NCBI GenBank assembly: GCA_964016885.1
Contig: OZ024742.1
Coordinates: 359,042,001 to 359,106,000 of the forward strand
DNA from: Eledone cirrhosa
Lineage: Eukaryota
Reading direction: 5' to 3'
DNA length: 64,000 nt
The notes below the pieces were generated by a model, which did not search any database, was not told the DNA's origin, and worked only from the letters and a program-made list of their open reading frames with translations. A program made the position numbers and the translations under genes. Of this stretch, positions 1 through 14,465 are shown in pieces (within the stretch, counting starts at the first letter, position 1; each line of letters starts with the position of its first letter).

Positions 1-3000
1 TGTTACAATGATTGTCAGATGACATGGACTGTTACAATGATTGTCAGATGGCAATTACTGTTACAATGACTGTCAGATGGCAGTGAGTGTTACAATGACT
101 GTCAGATGGCAATTACTGTTACAACGACTGTCAGATGGCAGTGACTGTTGCAATGACTATTAGATGACAGTGACTGTTACATTGACTGTCAGATGATAGT
201 TACGTTTACAATAACTGTCAGATAAAGGTGACCGTTACGATGACTGTCAGATGGCAGTGACTGTTACAATGACTGTCAGATGGTAATGAGTGTTACAGTG
301 ACTATCGGATGTCAATCACTGTTACAATGACTGTCAGATGAAGGTGACTGTTACAATGTCTGTCAGCTGGTAGTGACTATTACTGTGATTGTCGGATGGC
401 AGTGACTGTTACAATGAATGTGAGATGAAGGTGACTGTTACAATGACTGTCAGATGGCAGTGACTGTTACAATGTCTGTCAGATGGTAGTGACTGTTACA
501 ATGACTGTCTGATGGCAGTGACTGTTACAATGATTGGCAGAAGGCAGTGACTGTTACAATGACTGTCAGATAGCAGCTGCTGTTACAATGACAGTCAGAT
601 GGTAGTGACTGTCAGATGGCCGTGACTGTTACAATGACTGTCAGATGTCAGTGACTGTTACAATGACTGTTAGATGGTAGTGACTGTTACATTGACAATC
701 AGATAGCAAGTACTGTTACAATGACTGTCAGATCGCAGTGAGTGTTACAATGACTGTCAGATGGAAGTGACTGTTACAATGACTATCAGATGGTAGTGAC
801 TGTTACAATGACTGTCAAATGGCAGTAACTGTTATAATGACTGTCGGATGGCAATGACTGTTACAATGACTATCAGATTGTAGAGACAGTTAAATGACTG
901 TCAGATGGCAGTGACTGTTATAATGACTCTCAGATGGTAGTAACTGTTACATTGACTGTCGGATGGCAATGACTGTTACAATGACTGTCATATAAAGGTA
1001 ACTGTTACAATGACTGTCAGATGGCAGTGACTGTTACAATTTTTGTCAGATGACAAGGAGTGTTACAATGACTGTCAGATGGCCATGTCTGTTACAATGA
1101 CTGTCAGATGGCAGTTATGTTACAATGACTGTCAGTTAGCAGTTAACTTTTACAATGAGTGTCAGATGGTAGTGACTTGCAGATGGCAGTTACTGTTACA
1201 ATGACTGTCAGATAGCAGTTACTGTTACAATGACTGTCAGATGGTAGTGACTGTCAGATGGCAATGTCTGTTACAATGACGCTCAGATGGCAGTGACTGT
1301 TACAATGACTCTCAGATGGCAGTGACTGTTACAATGACTGTCAGATGGGAGTGACTGTTACAATGACTGTCAGATGGTAGTGACTGTTACAATGACTGTC
1401 AGATCTCAGTGACTGTTACAGTGACCGTAAGATGGCAGTGATTGTTACAATGACTGTCAGATGACAAGGAATGTTACATTGACTGCCTGATGACAGTGAC
1501 TGTTACAATGACTGTCAGATGACAGTGACTGTTACCATGACTGTCAGATGGCAGTGACTGTTACAATGACTATCAGATGTCAGTGACTGTTACAGTGACT
1601 GTCAGATCTCAGTGACTGTTACAGTGACCGTAAGATGGCAGTGACTGTTACAATGACTGTCAGATGGCAGTGACTGTTACAATGACTGTCAGATGGCAGT
1701 TAGTGTTACAATGACTGTCAGATAGCAGTTACTGTTACCATGAATGTCAGATGGTAGTGACTGTCAGATGGCAATGTCTGTTACAATTACGGTCAGATGG
1801 CAGTGACTGTTAAAATGACTGGCAGATGGCAGTGACTGTTACAATGACTGTCAGATGGGAGTGACTGTTACAATGACTTTCAGATGGCAGTGACTGTTAC
1901 AATGACTGCTAGATAGCAGTTACCGTTACAATGACTGTCAGATGGTAGTGACTGTTACAATGACTATCAGATGACAGTGACTGTTACAATGACTGTCAGA
2001 TGACAAGGAATGTTACATTGACTGCCATATGACAGTGACTGTTAGAATGACTGTCAGATCGCAGTGACTGTTACGATGACTGTCAGATGGCAGTGACTGT
2101 TACAATGACTATCAGTGACTGTTACAATGACTGTCATATGAAGGTGACTGTTACAATGACTGTCAGACGGCAGTGACTGTTACAATGATTGTCAGATGAC
2201 ATGGACGGTTACAATGAATGTCAGATGGCAATGTCTGATACAATGACTGTCAGTTAGCAGTTACTGTTACAATGACTGTCAGATGGTAGTGACCGTCAGA
2301 TAGCAGTTACTGTTACAATGACTGTCAGATGGTAGTGACTGTCAGATGACAATGTCTGTTACAATGACTGTCAGATGGCAGTGACTGTTACAATGACTGT
2401 CAGATGGCAGTGAGTGTTACAATGACTGTCAGATGACATTGACTGTTACGATGACTGTCAGATGGTAGTGACTGTTACAATGACTATCAGATAGCAATTA
2501 TTGTTACAATGACTGACAGATGGCAGTGACTGTTACAATGACTGTCAGATAGCAGTTACTGTTACAATGACTGTCAGATGGTAGTGACTGTTACAATGAC
2601 TGTCAGATGATAGTAACTGTTACAATGACTATCAGATGACAGTGACTGTTACAATGACTGTCAGATGATAGTGACTGTTACAATGACTATCAGATGACAG
2701 TGACAGTTACAATGACTGTCAGATGACAGTGACTGTTACAATGACTGTCAGATGGCGGTGACTGTTACAATGACTATCAGATGACAGTGACTGTTACAAT
2801 GACTGTCAGATGTCAGTGACTGTTACAGTGACCGTAAGATGGCAGTGACTGTTACAATGACTGTCAGATAAAAGTGAGTGTTACAATGACTATCAGATAG
2901 CAATTACTGTTACAATGACTGTCAGATGGCAGTGAGTGTTATAATGACTATCAGTTGGCAGTGATCGTTATAATGACTATCAGATGATAGTAACTGTTAC

Positions 3001-6000
3001 AATGGCAGTCAGATGGCAGTGACTGTTATAATGACTGTCAGATGGTAGTGACTGTTACAGTGACTGTCGGATGGTAGTGACTGTTGCAATGACTATCAGA
3101 TTGTAGTGACTGTTACAATGACTGTCATATGGCAGTGACTGTTACATTGATTTTCAGATGACAAGGACTGTTACAATGACTGTCAGATGGTGATGTCTGT
3201 TATAATGACTGTCAGATGGCAGTGACTGTTACAATGACTGTCAGATGGCAGTTACTGTTACAATTACTGTCAGTTAGCAGTTACTGTTACAATGACTGTC
3301 AGATGGTAGTGAATGTCAGATGGCATGACTGTTACAATGACTATCAGATGACAGTGAATGTTACAGTGACTGTCAGATGACAGTGACTGTTACAATGACT
3401 GTCAGATGGCAGTGACTGTTACATTGACTGTCAGATGATAGTGACTTTTACAATGACTGTTAGATGCAGGTCAATGTTACAATGACTGTCAGATGGTAGT
3501 GACTCTTACACTGACTGTCAGATAGCAGTGACTGTTACAATGATTGTCAGATGACAAGGACTGTTACAATGACTGTCAGATGGCAATGTCTGTTACAATG
3601 ACTGTCAGATGGTAGTGACTGTCAGATGGCAGTTACTGTTAAAATGACTGTCATATGGCAGTGACTGTTACAATGACTGCCGGATGGTAGTTACTGTTAC
3701 AATGACTGTCAGATGGAACTGACTGTTACAGTGACTGTCAGATGGAAGTGACTGTTACAATGACTATCAGACAACAGTTACTGTTAGAATGACTGTCAGA
3801 TGAGAGTGACTTTTATGTTGTCTATAGATGGTAGTGACTGTTACACTGACTGTCAGATGGTAGTGACTGTTACAGTGACTATCGGATGGCAGTGACTGTT
3901 ACAGTGACTGTCAAATGAAGGTGAATGTTACAATGACTGTCAGATGGCACTGACTGTTACAATGACTGTCAGATGGCACTGACTGTTACAGTGACTGTCG
4001 GATGGCAATGAATGTTACAATGAACTTCACATGAAGGTGACTGTTACAATGACTCTCAGATGGCAGTGACTATTACACTGACTGTCAGATGGCAGTGACT
4101 GTTACAATGACTATCAGATGAGAGTGACTGTTACAATGACTGCGATATGACAGTGACTGTGGCAATGACTATCAGATGACAGTGACTGTTACATTGACTG
4201 TCAGATGATAGTGACTTTTACAATGACTGTCAGATGAAGGTGACTGTTACAATGCCTGTCAGATGGTAGTGACTGTTACAATGACTGTTACAATGACTGT
4301 CAGATGAAGGTGACTGTTACAATGACTGTCAGATGGTAGTGACTGTTACTGTGACTGTCAATGGCAGTGACTGTTACAATGAATATCAGATGACAGTGAC
4401 TGTTACAATGACTGCGAGATGACAGTGAGTGCGACAATGACTATCAGATGACAGTGACTGTTACATTGACTGTCAGATGATAGTGACTTTTACAATGACT
4501 GTTAGATGCAGGTCATTGTTACAATTACTGTCAGATGGCAATGATTGTTACAATGACTGTCAGATAGCAGTGACTGTTACAATGATTGTCAGATGACAAG
4601 GACTGTTCCAATGACTGTCAGATGGCAATGTCTGTTACAATGACTGTCTGATGGCAGTGATTGTTACAATGACTGTCAGATGGCAGTGACTGTTACAATG
4701 ACTGTCAGATGGCAGTGACTGTTACAATGACCGTCAGATGGCAGTGACTGTTACAATGAATATCAGATAGCAATTACAGTTACAATGACTGTCAGATGGC
4801 AGTGAATGTTACAATGACTGTCAGATGGTTGTGGCTGTTACAAAGACTGTCAGATAGCAGTTACTGTTACAATGACTATCAGATGAGAGTGACTGTTACA
4901 GTGACTGTAAGATGCAGTGGTGACTGTTACAATGACTGTCAAATAGCAGTTACTGTTACAATGACTGTCAGATGGTAGTGACTGTTACAATGACTGTCAT
5001 ATGGCTGTGTCTGTTATAATGACTGTCAGATGGTAGTGAATGTTACAGTGACTGTCGGATGGCAGTGAGTGTTACAATGACTATCAGATGTAAGCTAATG
5101 TTACAATGACTGTCAGATGTCAGTGACTGTTAAAGTGACCGTAAGATGGCAGTGACTGTTACAATGACTGTCAGATGGCAGTGACTATTATAATGCCTCT
5201 CAGATGGTAGTGACTGTTACAGTGACTGTCGGATGGCAATGACTGTTACAATGACTGTCATATGAAGGTGACTGTTACAATGACTATCAGATGGCAGTGA
5301 CTGTTACAATGACTGTCAAATGGCAGTGACTGTTACAATGATTGTCAGATGGTACTGACTGTCAGATGGCAATGTCTGTTACAATGACTGTCAGATGGCA
5401 GTGACTGTTACAATGACTGTCAGATGGCAGTTAGTGTTACAATGACTGTCAGATAGCAGTTACTGTTACCATGAATGTCAGATGGTAGTGACTGTCAGAT
5501 GGCAATGTCTGTTACAATTACGGTCAGATGGCAGTGACTGTTAAAATGACTGGCAGATGGCAGTGACTGTTACAATGACTGTCAGATGGGAGTGACTGTT
5601 ACAATGACTTTCAGATGGCAGTGACTGTTACAATGACTGCTAGATAGCAGTTACCGTTACAATGACTGTCAGATGGTAGTGACTGTTACAATGACTATCA
5701 GATGACAGTGACTGTTACAATGACTGTCAGATGACAAGGAATGTTACATTGACTGCCATATGACAGTGACTGTTAGAATGACTGTCAGATCGCAGTGACT
5801 GTTACGATGACTGTCAGATGGCAGTGACTGTTACAATGACTATCAGTGACTGTTACAATGACTGTCATATGAAGGTGACTGTTACAATGACTGTCAGACG
5901 GCAGTGACTGTTACAATGATTGTCAGATGACATGGACGGTTACAATGAATGTCAGATGGCAATGTCTGATACAATGACTGTCAGTTAGCAGTTACTGTTA

Positions 6001-8113
6001 CAATGACTGTCAGATGGTAGTGACCGTCAGATAGCAGTTACTGTTACAATGACTGTCAGATGGTAGTGACTGTCAGATGTCAATGTCTGTTACAATGACT
6101 GTCAGATTGCAGTGACTGTTAGAATGACTGTCAGATGGCAGTGACTGTTACAATGACTGTCAGATGGCAGTGAGTGTTACAATGACTGTCAGATGACATT
6201 GACTGTTACGATGACTGTCAGATGGTAGTGACTGTTACAATGACTATCAGATAGCAATTACTGTTACAATGACTGACAGATGGCAGTGACTGTTACAATG
6301 ACTGTCAGATAGCAGTTACTGTTACAATGACTGTCAGATGGTAGTGACTGTTACAATGACTGTCAGATGATAGTAACTGTTACAATGACTATCAGATGAC
6401 AGTGACTGTTACAATGACTGTCAGATGATAGTGACTGTTACAATGACTATCAGATGACAGTGACAGTTACAATGACTGTCATATGACAGTGACTGTTACA
6501 ATGACTGTCAGATGGCGGTGACTGTTACAATGACTATCAGATGACAGTGACTGTTACAATGACTGTCAGATGTCAGTGACTGTTACAGTGACCGTAAGAT
6601 GGCAGTGACTGTTACAATGACTGTCAGATAAAAGTGAGTGTTACAATGACTATCAGATAGCAATTACTGTTACAATGACTGTCAGATGGCAGTGAGTGTT
6701 ATAATGACTATCAGTTGGCAGTGATCGTTATAATGACTATCAGATGGTAGTAACTGTTACAATGGCAGTCAGATGGCAGTGACTGTTATAGTGACTGTCA
6801 GATGGTAGTGACTGTTACAGTGACTGTCGGATGGTAGTGACTGTTACAATGACTATCAGATTGTAGTGACTGTTACAATGACTGTCGTATGGCAGTGACT
6901 GTTACATTGATTTTCAGATGACAAGGACTGTTACAATGACTGTCAGATGGTGATGTCTGTTATAATGACTGTCAGATGGCAGTGACTGTTACAATGACTG
7001 TCAGATGGCAGTTACTGTTACAATTACTGTCAGTTAGCAGTTACTGTTACAATGACTGTCAGATGGTAGTGACTGTCAGATGGCAATGTCTGTTACAATG
7101 ACTGTCAGATGGCAGTGACTGTTACAATGACTGTCAGATGGCACTGACTGTTACAATGACTGTAAGATGGCAGTGACTGTTACAATGACTGTCAGCTGGT
7201 AGTGACTGTTACATTGACTATCAGATAGCAATTAATGTTACAATGACTGTCAGATGGCAGTGACTGTTATAATGACTGTCAGATAGCAGTTACTGTTACA
7301 ATGACTGTCAGATGGTAGTGACTGTTACAATGAATGTCAGATGGCATGACTGTTACAATGACTATCAGATGACAGTGAATGTTACAGTGACTGTCAGATG
7401 ACAGTGACTGTTACAATGACTGTCAGATGGCAGTGACTGTTACAATGACTATCAGATGACTGTGAATGTTACAGTGACTGTCAGATGACAGTGACTGTTA
7501 CAATGACTGTCGGATGACAGTGACTGTTACAGTGACTGTCAGATGACAAGGACTGTTATATTGACTGCCGGATAACAGTGACTGTTACAATGACAATGAC
7601 TGTTACAATGACTGTCAGATTGCAGTGACTGTTACTATGACTGCCGGATGACAGTGACTGTTACACTGACTGTCAGATGACAGTGACTGTTACAATGACT
7701 GTCAGATGGTAGTGACTGTTACAATGACTGCTGGATGACAGTGACTGTTACAATGACTGTCAGATGACAGTGACTGTTACAATGTCTGTCAGATGGCAGT
7801 GACTGTTACAATGACTGTCAGGTGGTAGTGACTGTTACAATGACCGCCGGATGACAGTGACTGTTACAATGACTGTCAGATGGTACTGACTGTTACAATG
7901 ACTGCTGGATGACAGTGACTGTTACAATGACTGTCAGATTACAGTGACTGTTACAATGTCTGTCAGATGGCAGTGACTGTTACAATGACTGTCAGATGGT
8001 AGTGACTGTTACAATGACTGCCGGATGACAGTGACTGTTACAATGACTGTCAGATGACAGTGACTGTTACAATGACTGTCAGATGGCAGTGTCTGTTACA
8101 ATGATTGTCAGAT
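1..8113. repeat. 29-bp tandem satellite (consensus GTGACTGTTACAATGACTGTCAGATGGCA), running off the window start
   Basis: Continuous tandem array of about 280 degenerate units. Unit = 12-nt (TGACTGTTACAA) + 17-nt (TGACTGTCAGATGGCAG) sub-repeats. Not a multiple of 3, no long ORF. Confidence 0.97.
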
Positions 8114-8404
8114 AACAATATCCTGAAAATACTGGTCAACCTTAGAATCAATATTACAGTTTCATTCATGTTTGGATCAATCGCTTTATGATGAGAGCAA
8201 AAATATGAGAACCATCTGTTCTTTTAGGCAGACTTGTAGTAAAAAAAATATGATTTTATTTTAAATGTTTATTGATCAAGATGCCGCACCTTATTGGCTT
8301 ACTGGGTGGTGTGGAACTCGTTACCTCATCAAATCGGACCATAGATAAAATGTTTCCATTGGTCTTTCCTTTGCTGATACTAGCCACCCGTCTCAAGTTC
8401 TGTC

Positions 8405-8525
8405 AGAAAGAGCAACGTGAAATAAGTATCTTGCTGAAGGACATAACCCATTGCCCACTTCGGGTATCGAATACGCAACCTCACCATTGTCAATCCAATT
8501 CTTTAACTACTAAGTCACGAGCCAA
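8405..8525 (-). mobile_element. Degenerate tRNA-derived SINE (CORE-like type), 5' part
   Basis: Reverse complement matches the head and CCTTGAGCAAGACACTTTATTTCAC-like block of the copies at 28745 and 44250. Confidence 0.7.
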
Positions 8526-8539
8526 TAAAATATTACGGT

Positions 8540-8747
8540 TTTTGATTCAGGCACAATTACAGATATTTTGAGGGAGGGGAAAGTCGATTAAATCGACAAT
8601 CAGTATGTTACTGGTACTTTATTTTATTGACCCCGTACAGAGGAAAAACAATGTTAATCTCATGGGATTTGAACTCAGAAAGCAAAGGGCCGTAACTCTA
8701 TGCTGCTAAGCATGGTGTCCGACACTCTATCTATACTGGTGCGCCTT
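8540..8747 (-). mobile_element. tRNA-derived SINE (Nin/Deu-like domain type)
   Basis: Contains ACTGGTACTTTATTTTATTGACCCC...GGGATTTGAACTCAGA, the reverse of the B-box and GGGGTCGATAAAATAAAGTACCAG block shared by more than 12 copies here. Confidence 0.8.
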
Positions 8748-9668
8748 TAAAATATAACAAAATGTAGTACCGTCTAGAAAGAAACCATGTTACAATGAAT
8801 CAGACCTTACTAGGCATCCCTGTTAAAATTGGTGTATAATATTGTTTGAAATTGAAGAGACTAGAAAACCGTCCCTATCAGATTCCAGGGTAAAGTTACA
8901 CGTATATATATCAACGTGAATTCCTTAGAGATAATGTCCTAGTACTATGCTATAAAATGTAGCCGGTAGAGTTGTAACGACTGCGCAATCAATGAATCTC
9001 ATTGATAAGATGAACAGAGATCCGGTTCTCTGCACTCTAAATTCAAATACCGCTGCGGTCAACATTGTTTTTCCTTCTTTGGGTCTCGATAAATAGTTTA
9101 CCGACCCCAGTTAGATGGATTGGCGGAATAATATAACTAACATTCTTATTCTTTATCTGGTGTTTGGAACATAGCATAGTGTTGATGTTCTTTCTCATTC
9201 ACTCACTGCATCCCTCTATCTCGCTCTCCCCATCTTTCACTACTATTAGCAAATGGGGGCCATGCGCTGGCCGCCCCACGGCCACGGCAGGCAGAATAGA
9301 GAAATCGTTTACCTGGAGTATGATTAGGGAGACGTGCTGGAAGAGCCATTCACAGTTGCGGGTAGCCAACACCGTGCCGATGGTACTGAACTGGGAGGTG
9401 GTCCTAGGGCCAAAATACCAGAAGTCTCCACTTGAAATATGTGTTGATTTCAAAATGATATCATTGATCATAAGTAATTATTGGACTTCCGTCGATTCCG
9501 ACGACGGGTGCTCCAGTTGATTTAATCAACGGGATTGACTGCTCCTGAAACTAAAAGATAGGTGCCCCCTTAATATAGTTCTCAGGAAGATTCAGCTTGT
9601 CACAATCGCCAATAATAATATTCCTGGGTTATTGCTCTTTGTCAAGATTGCGTGCGACTTTTTCATAC

Positions 9669-9716
9669 ACAATCTTGACAAAGGGCAATATTAGAAACAA
9701 TATTATTGTCGATTGT
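9669..9716 (+). ncRNA. Hammerhead-like motif with U3-A8 core, in a small fold-back (9602-9716)
   Basis: ACAATC-TTGACAA-agggcaatatta-GAAAC-aatattatt-GTC-GATTGT. Stem I is 6 bp perfect, stem III ACAAT/ATTGT, stem II degenerate. Inverted copy at 9602-9650. Confidence 0.6.
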
Positions 9717-10486
9717 TTCTCTCTGTCAATCCTAAAACAAAAGGATGACAATAGTCATCTACAAAACATAGCGTAATGAGGCTGTTTGCTTGCAAAGGAA
9801 TCGAATAGTATTATTATTTGATATCAAACTCCCGAATATATTTATAAACACAAATTTATCAAAGTGAAGATAGTCTGAACATACCAGACGATGTGGTGTA
9901 CAAGTATAGCAGATTAATCCAATCACCTATCAAATAACAAAACTATTAACTCTCTCCCGTTATTGAACTAAATCAATAACTAATATTAATTCATCTTTTA
10001 ACATCTTTCATACAATCCTCATTGATTCTGAAGTTTTTCTGTTTATCCCCCACCTTCCTTTTTACACTTCTTTGATTAATATTGGAAGACGATGACGGTT
10101 CAACGATTTCATAGTGAATGGTAGGGGGTCGTGTCACATGCTGGGGAACAACAGGCAAATAGGACGTTAATGGAATATAAATGTATTTTTTGGCAATATT
10201 AGGACCCTCCTCAAATATAGGAATATAAATGACATTTTATTTCCTACAGTTGTTGAGAATCAGACTAAGGAAATCTCATATTCTATTCTATCTGTAGCAG
10301 AGTTGTTCCAGTCGGCCTGTGCTCTATTGATGAACATTTAAACGTATTATAGATGCTATAATATTAATTTTCTATCACCTGTTGTCTCTATGTCTTACAC
10401 CTTCACAGACAAGGTCGTTATGTACACTGGAAACTGAAAACTGACCCCACCTCATTTCATTATATTGTACATTATATTACACATAG

Positions 10487-10680
10487 AGGCTGGTGGATTG
10501 GCAGTATAGGTAGAGGGTTAGCCACCATGCTTTCACGCATAGAGTTACTGCCTTTGTCCTTCTGAGTTCAAATCCCGTCGAGGTTAACTTTGCCTTTCGT
10601 CCTTAAGGGGTCGATAAAATAAAGTACCAGTAATGTACTGGCATAATTGCTGGCCTTGTGCTAAAAGTAGAAATAATTAT
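10487..10680 (+). mobile_element. tRNA-derived SINE (Nin/Deu-like type), full length
   Basis: GGTGGATTGGCAGTA (A-box-like)...GAGTTCAAATCCC (B-box)...GGGGTCGATAAAATAAAGTACCAG...GGCCTTGTGCTAAAAGTAGAAA with an ATT tail. Confidence 0.85.
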
Positions 10681-11384
10681 ATTGTACGTAATTATTATTT
10701 AAAGCTAAGTCTTCGGGAATCGCCATTAGGAGTTACTCCTTATTGATGATCAAATATAAGGGGAACAAAAAATGTTGTTTATGATATAAGAGACCCAACA
10801 ACCACAACTAAATTGGTCAAGGGTTTCCACAGATTTATTTGAGCATAATATTGGTTGGGTGGTGTTTGGATTGTAGTTTTCGACAAGTTTTAGTTGCCAC
10901 CATAATTACTGTTACATGAATGGTACATTTTATGCCGTTACACGGAAGTATTGCTTCACAATCTTAAAGTTACGGTTTCAATTCCACATTGTGCTAACAT
11001 TGGCAACTATGTTTATCCTACTCGGAGGCCGCTCGTATCTAAATGTGTGAAATTGCGTAGACATAAACGGGGTGGAAACCAGATATATGGATTGGACATA
11101 TTCTCCAGAGATGCAACAGTGTCACATGTGTGTCATTTTCGTTCGGATTGAGTATTACCCTAAATTATACACATGTGTCTGATGGAACAACCCACTGCCC
11201 ATCTTTCAAGTCGACCAATGTCCACCATCTTTATGGTTGTATTACATAATTGTTACATTGTTGTCTAATATATACAAAGTTTACTTCAGTTTGTGGCATG
11301 GACTTTTATACATATTCTTTAAAGTATTCTGATGTTATGAAGAGAGAACATGTAACCTACCTTTGTAGAGACCTTTTTGGTGTT

Positions 11385-11403
11385 GTTTTTCTTGTTATTA
11401 ATC

Positions 11404-11435
<32 letters not shown>

Positions 11436-11502
11436 CTTCTTCTTCTTCTTCTTCTTCTTCTTCTTCTTCTTCTTCTTCTTCTTCTTCTTCTTCTTCTTCT
11501 TC
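11385..11502. repeat. (GTT)n-(CTT)n compound microsatellite
   Basis: Direct reading. Confidence 0.95.
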
Positions 11503-11974
11503 ACATCAGCTTCACATCAGCTAGTCCCACTGGAACCCATTTGCCACATAGAGTTTCCGACTTTGTTGTGACATAACTGCATCTGTCGTGAATAACTTCG
11601 TTTCAAATTGAATTAAAAATAATATTGAAGGAAGAGAAAATTATGAAATGGAGCAACGATTTGGATAGATACACCATATGCTTCTTGATCAGATTCTCAT
11701 TATGGAACCCGATTAGTCGGCCCCAGTAATGTCCTAATTTGTCGTAGTATTAATACGGTACACACTCGTACAACTCATGTGATTTTAAATTATATTCGTG
11801 CTGTTAAACAGAAATTGAATCCACTCCAGATAGTAAACCATTTATTTTCATGGAAGTAAATCAATATGATACTGTGTTATCAATATGATACTGTGTTATC
11901 TAGCAAAACAGGATTGCTTACAGCTAAGCAAATTCTTGAGATATCTCAAGTGTTAAATCGGAACTAAATTGTGT

Positions 11975-11992
11975 GAATATATATGTATGTAA

Positions 11993-12084
<92 letters not shown>

Positions 12085-12340
12085 GCCTATAAATACATAT
12101 GTATATATAATATGTATATAAATATATATGTATATATAATACATATGTATATGTATATATATATATATACTTATATATATACATGTATATATATATATAT
12201 ATACTTACATATGTATGTGTGTATATATATGATTATATATGCATATATATGCATATACATATATGTACATACATACATATGCATATATATATATATATAT
12301 ATAAATATATATCTATATCTATACATATATGCATATATGC

Positions 12341-12379
<39 letters not shown>

Positions 12380-12412
12380 TATATCTATATCTATACATAT
12401 ATGCATATATGC

Positions 12413-12442
<30 letters not shown>
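11975..12442. repeat. (TA)n/(TATG)n microsatellite
   Basis: Direct reading; explains the YI-rich ORFs. Confidence 0.95.
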
Positions 12443-12446
<4 letters not shown>

Positions 12447-13231
12447 ATACAGAAGCACACATACGTTTTATATATTTCCAGGTTTACATTTATTTCTCAT
12501 TATTAAAGAGGTGAAGAATTTTTTTTCTTCTTTCAAAGACTAAAGACCTGCTTCCAGCGAATGATACAAAACGTACCTAATTGGCGGAAACCTTGAACTA
12601 ATATAATAATTAAACCAATTAATGGCATTTTTCATTATCTAATTGAAACATTGTTGGTTTTCTCTGCCCTGAGTATGTTGTACTACAGGATTTATATTAA
12701 GCTTCGATTAATCGTATTGCATTTGCAATTCATAATGTTTAATTAGAAACGTGTAATCGGAACACAAGTCATTGTTCCTTTAATCTTCTTTCATAATTTT
12801 TAGAAACACAACAACATTAGAAAAGAAAAAGCGCCAATTTTTGCTTAAGTGCAGGTTTAATAGCATGAGGTATTTTAATTTTCTGTGTTACAGTCTTTAA
12901 TTAAACAAATTTTACTCCAACCGTTACTCTTAATGTTGTACTGTAGTTATTTCTAAATATGAACTACGTGTCCAGCTTGAAATAAACGCATTGGAAACTA
13001 GGAAACATGGAACGATTACAATCAGAAGATTATATGTTGCTTAATGATAGTTTCAATGGTGTAAATGTATAAAACACAAAGACCATATGTTTAATATTTA
13101 AATGTGTAATATTGAACTGTCAAAATACAGATAATTTTATGCTTGTATAGAGTTGAAGCTTGTCAAGGTAACCTAATGTCAGCTTACTCTGTTGATTAAT
13201 GTACATTACTCCCACTGCTCTGGTTAATACA

Positions 13232-13555
13232 TGGCGGTGGTAATGATGATAGTGGTGTTAGTGGTAGTATTGGTGCTAGTGGTGGTGGTGGTAGTGATGA
13301 TAGTGGGGGTGGTGGTGGTGGTAGTATTAGTGCTGATGGTGGTAGTGATGATAGTGGTAGTGGTGGTGGTAGTAATAGTGGTGACGGTGGTAGTGATGAT
13401 GGTGGGGGTGGGGGGTGGTAGTATCAGTGGTGACGGTGGTAGTGATGATGGTGGGGGTGGGGGTGGTAGTATTAGTGGTGATGGTGATAGTGATGATGGT
13501 GAAAGTAGTGGTAGTAGTGGTGGTAGGTATTATATTGATAGTGATAGTGGTGGCC
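13232..13555. repeat. (GGT/AGT/GAT)n low-complexity trinucleotide tract
   Basis: Direct reading; poly-V/G/T ORFs in several frames. Confidence 0.9.
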
Positions 13556-13872
13556 GCCATCAAAAGCAGCATAAATGAAAGCTGTGAGGGGGTGAGGTGG
13601 AGTCCCAGGCCATGACAATAGAAAGAGATTGGGTGGAGAAGAACATCAAACCAAATAGCTTGGATGTGTGATGTCTAAAAACATGTGAGTGATAAAATGA
13701 CGAGTCAATCATATTGGTGGCCTCCCACAGCCCCGTACTGTAAATAGCGACAGAGAAGGGAAAATATAATTAGAAAATCAGGGGAGGCAGAGGGAAGTTT
13801 ATAAATGTTTCACTGCTATAGATTTCTGAATGTAAATCTCTTCCTCCTCCGCTTTAATGTCGTGATGATGAT

Positions 13873-13916
<44 letters not shown>

Positions 13917-13949
13917 AAATAACAACAACAACAACGACAACAATAATAA

Positions 13950-14465
13950 TGGTTTCTGATTTAGGCACAAGGACAACAATTTAAGGAGAGAAGAAAGTCG
14001 ATTAAATCGACACCAGTGTATTACTGGTGCTTTATTTTATCGACCCCGTAAGGATGAAAGGAAAAGCTAACCTCAGCAGGATTTGAACTCAGACCATAAA
14101 GGGCAATAACTCTATGCTGCAAAGCGTGGAGTCCGACACTCTACCGAAACTGCCAATCCATGGCCCTTGATATTAATAATAATTAAATTTAGATTTTCCT
14201 ATTCTACATGGCAACTGATTTACACCAGAGCCAGGAGTGTTGCTCTATAGTAATACTAGTTAGTATTACTAAGGGTGGTAAATTGGCAGTATCAGTAGAA
14301 GGTTGGACGGCATGCTTTCTAGCATAGTTACGCCCCTTTATGGTCTGAGTTCAAATCCCGTCGAGGTTAACTTTGCCTTTCAACCTTACGAGGTCGATAA
14401 AATAAAGTACCAGTAATGCACTGGTCTAATTGCTGGCCTTGTGCCAAAAGTAGAAACAATTATTA
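13950..14465. mobile_element. Two Nin-type SINEs, head-to-head (13950-14170 minus; 14270-14465 plus)
   Basis: Both carry the B-box and GTCGATAAAATAAAG(T/C)ACCAG blocks, in opposite orientation. Confidence 0.8.

Noticed and set aside
13231-13615. Membrane or Gly-rich protein ORFs
   Set aside because: Low-complexity GGT/AGT tract, open in many frames by composition.
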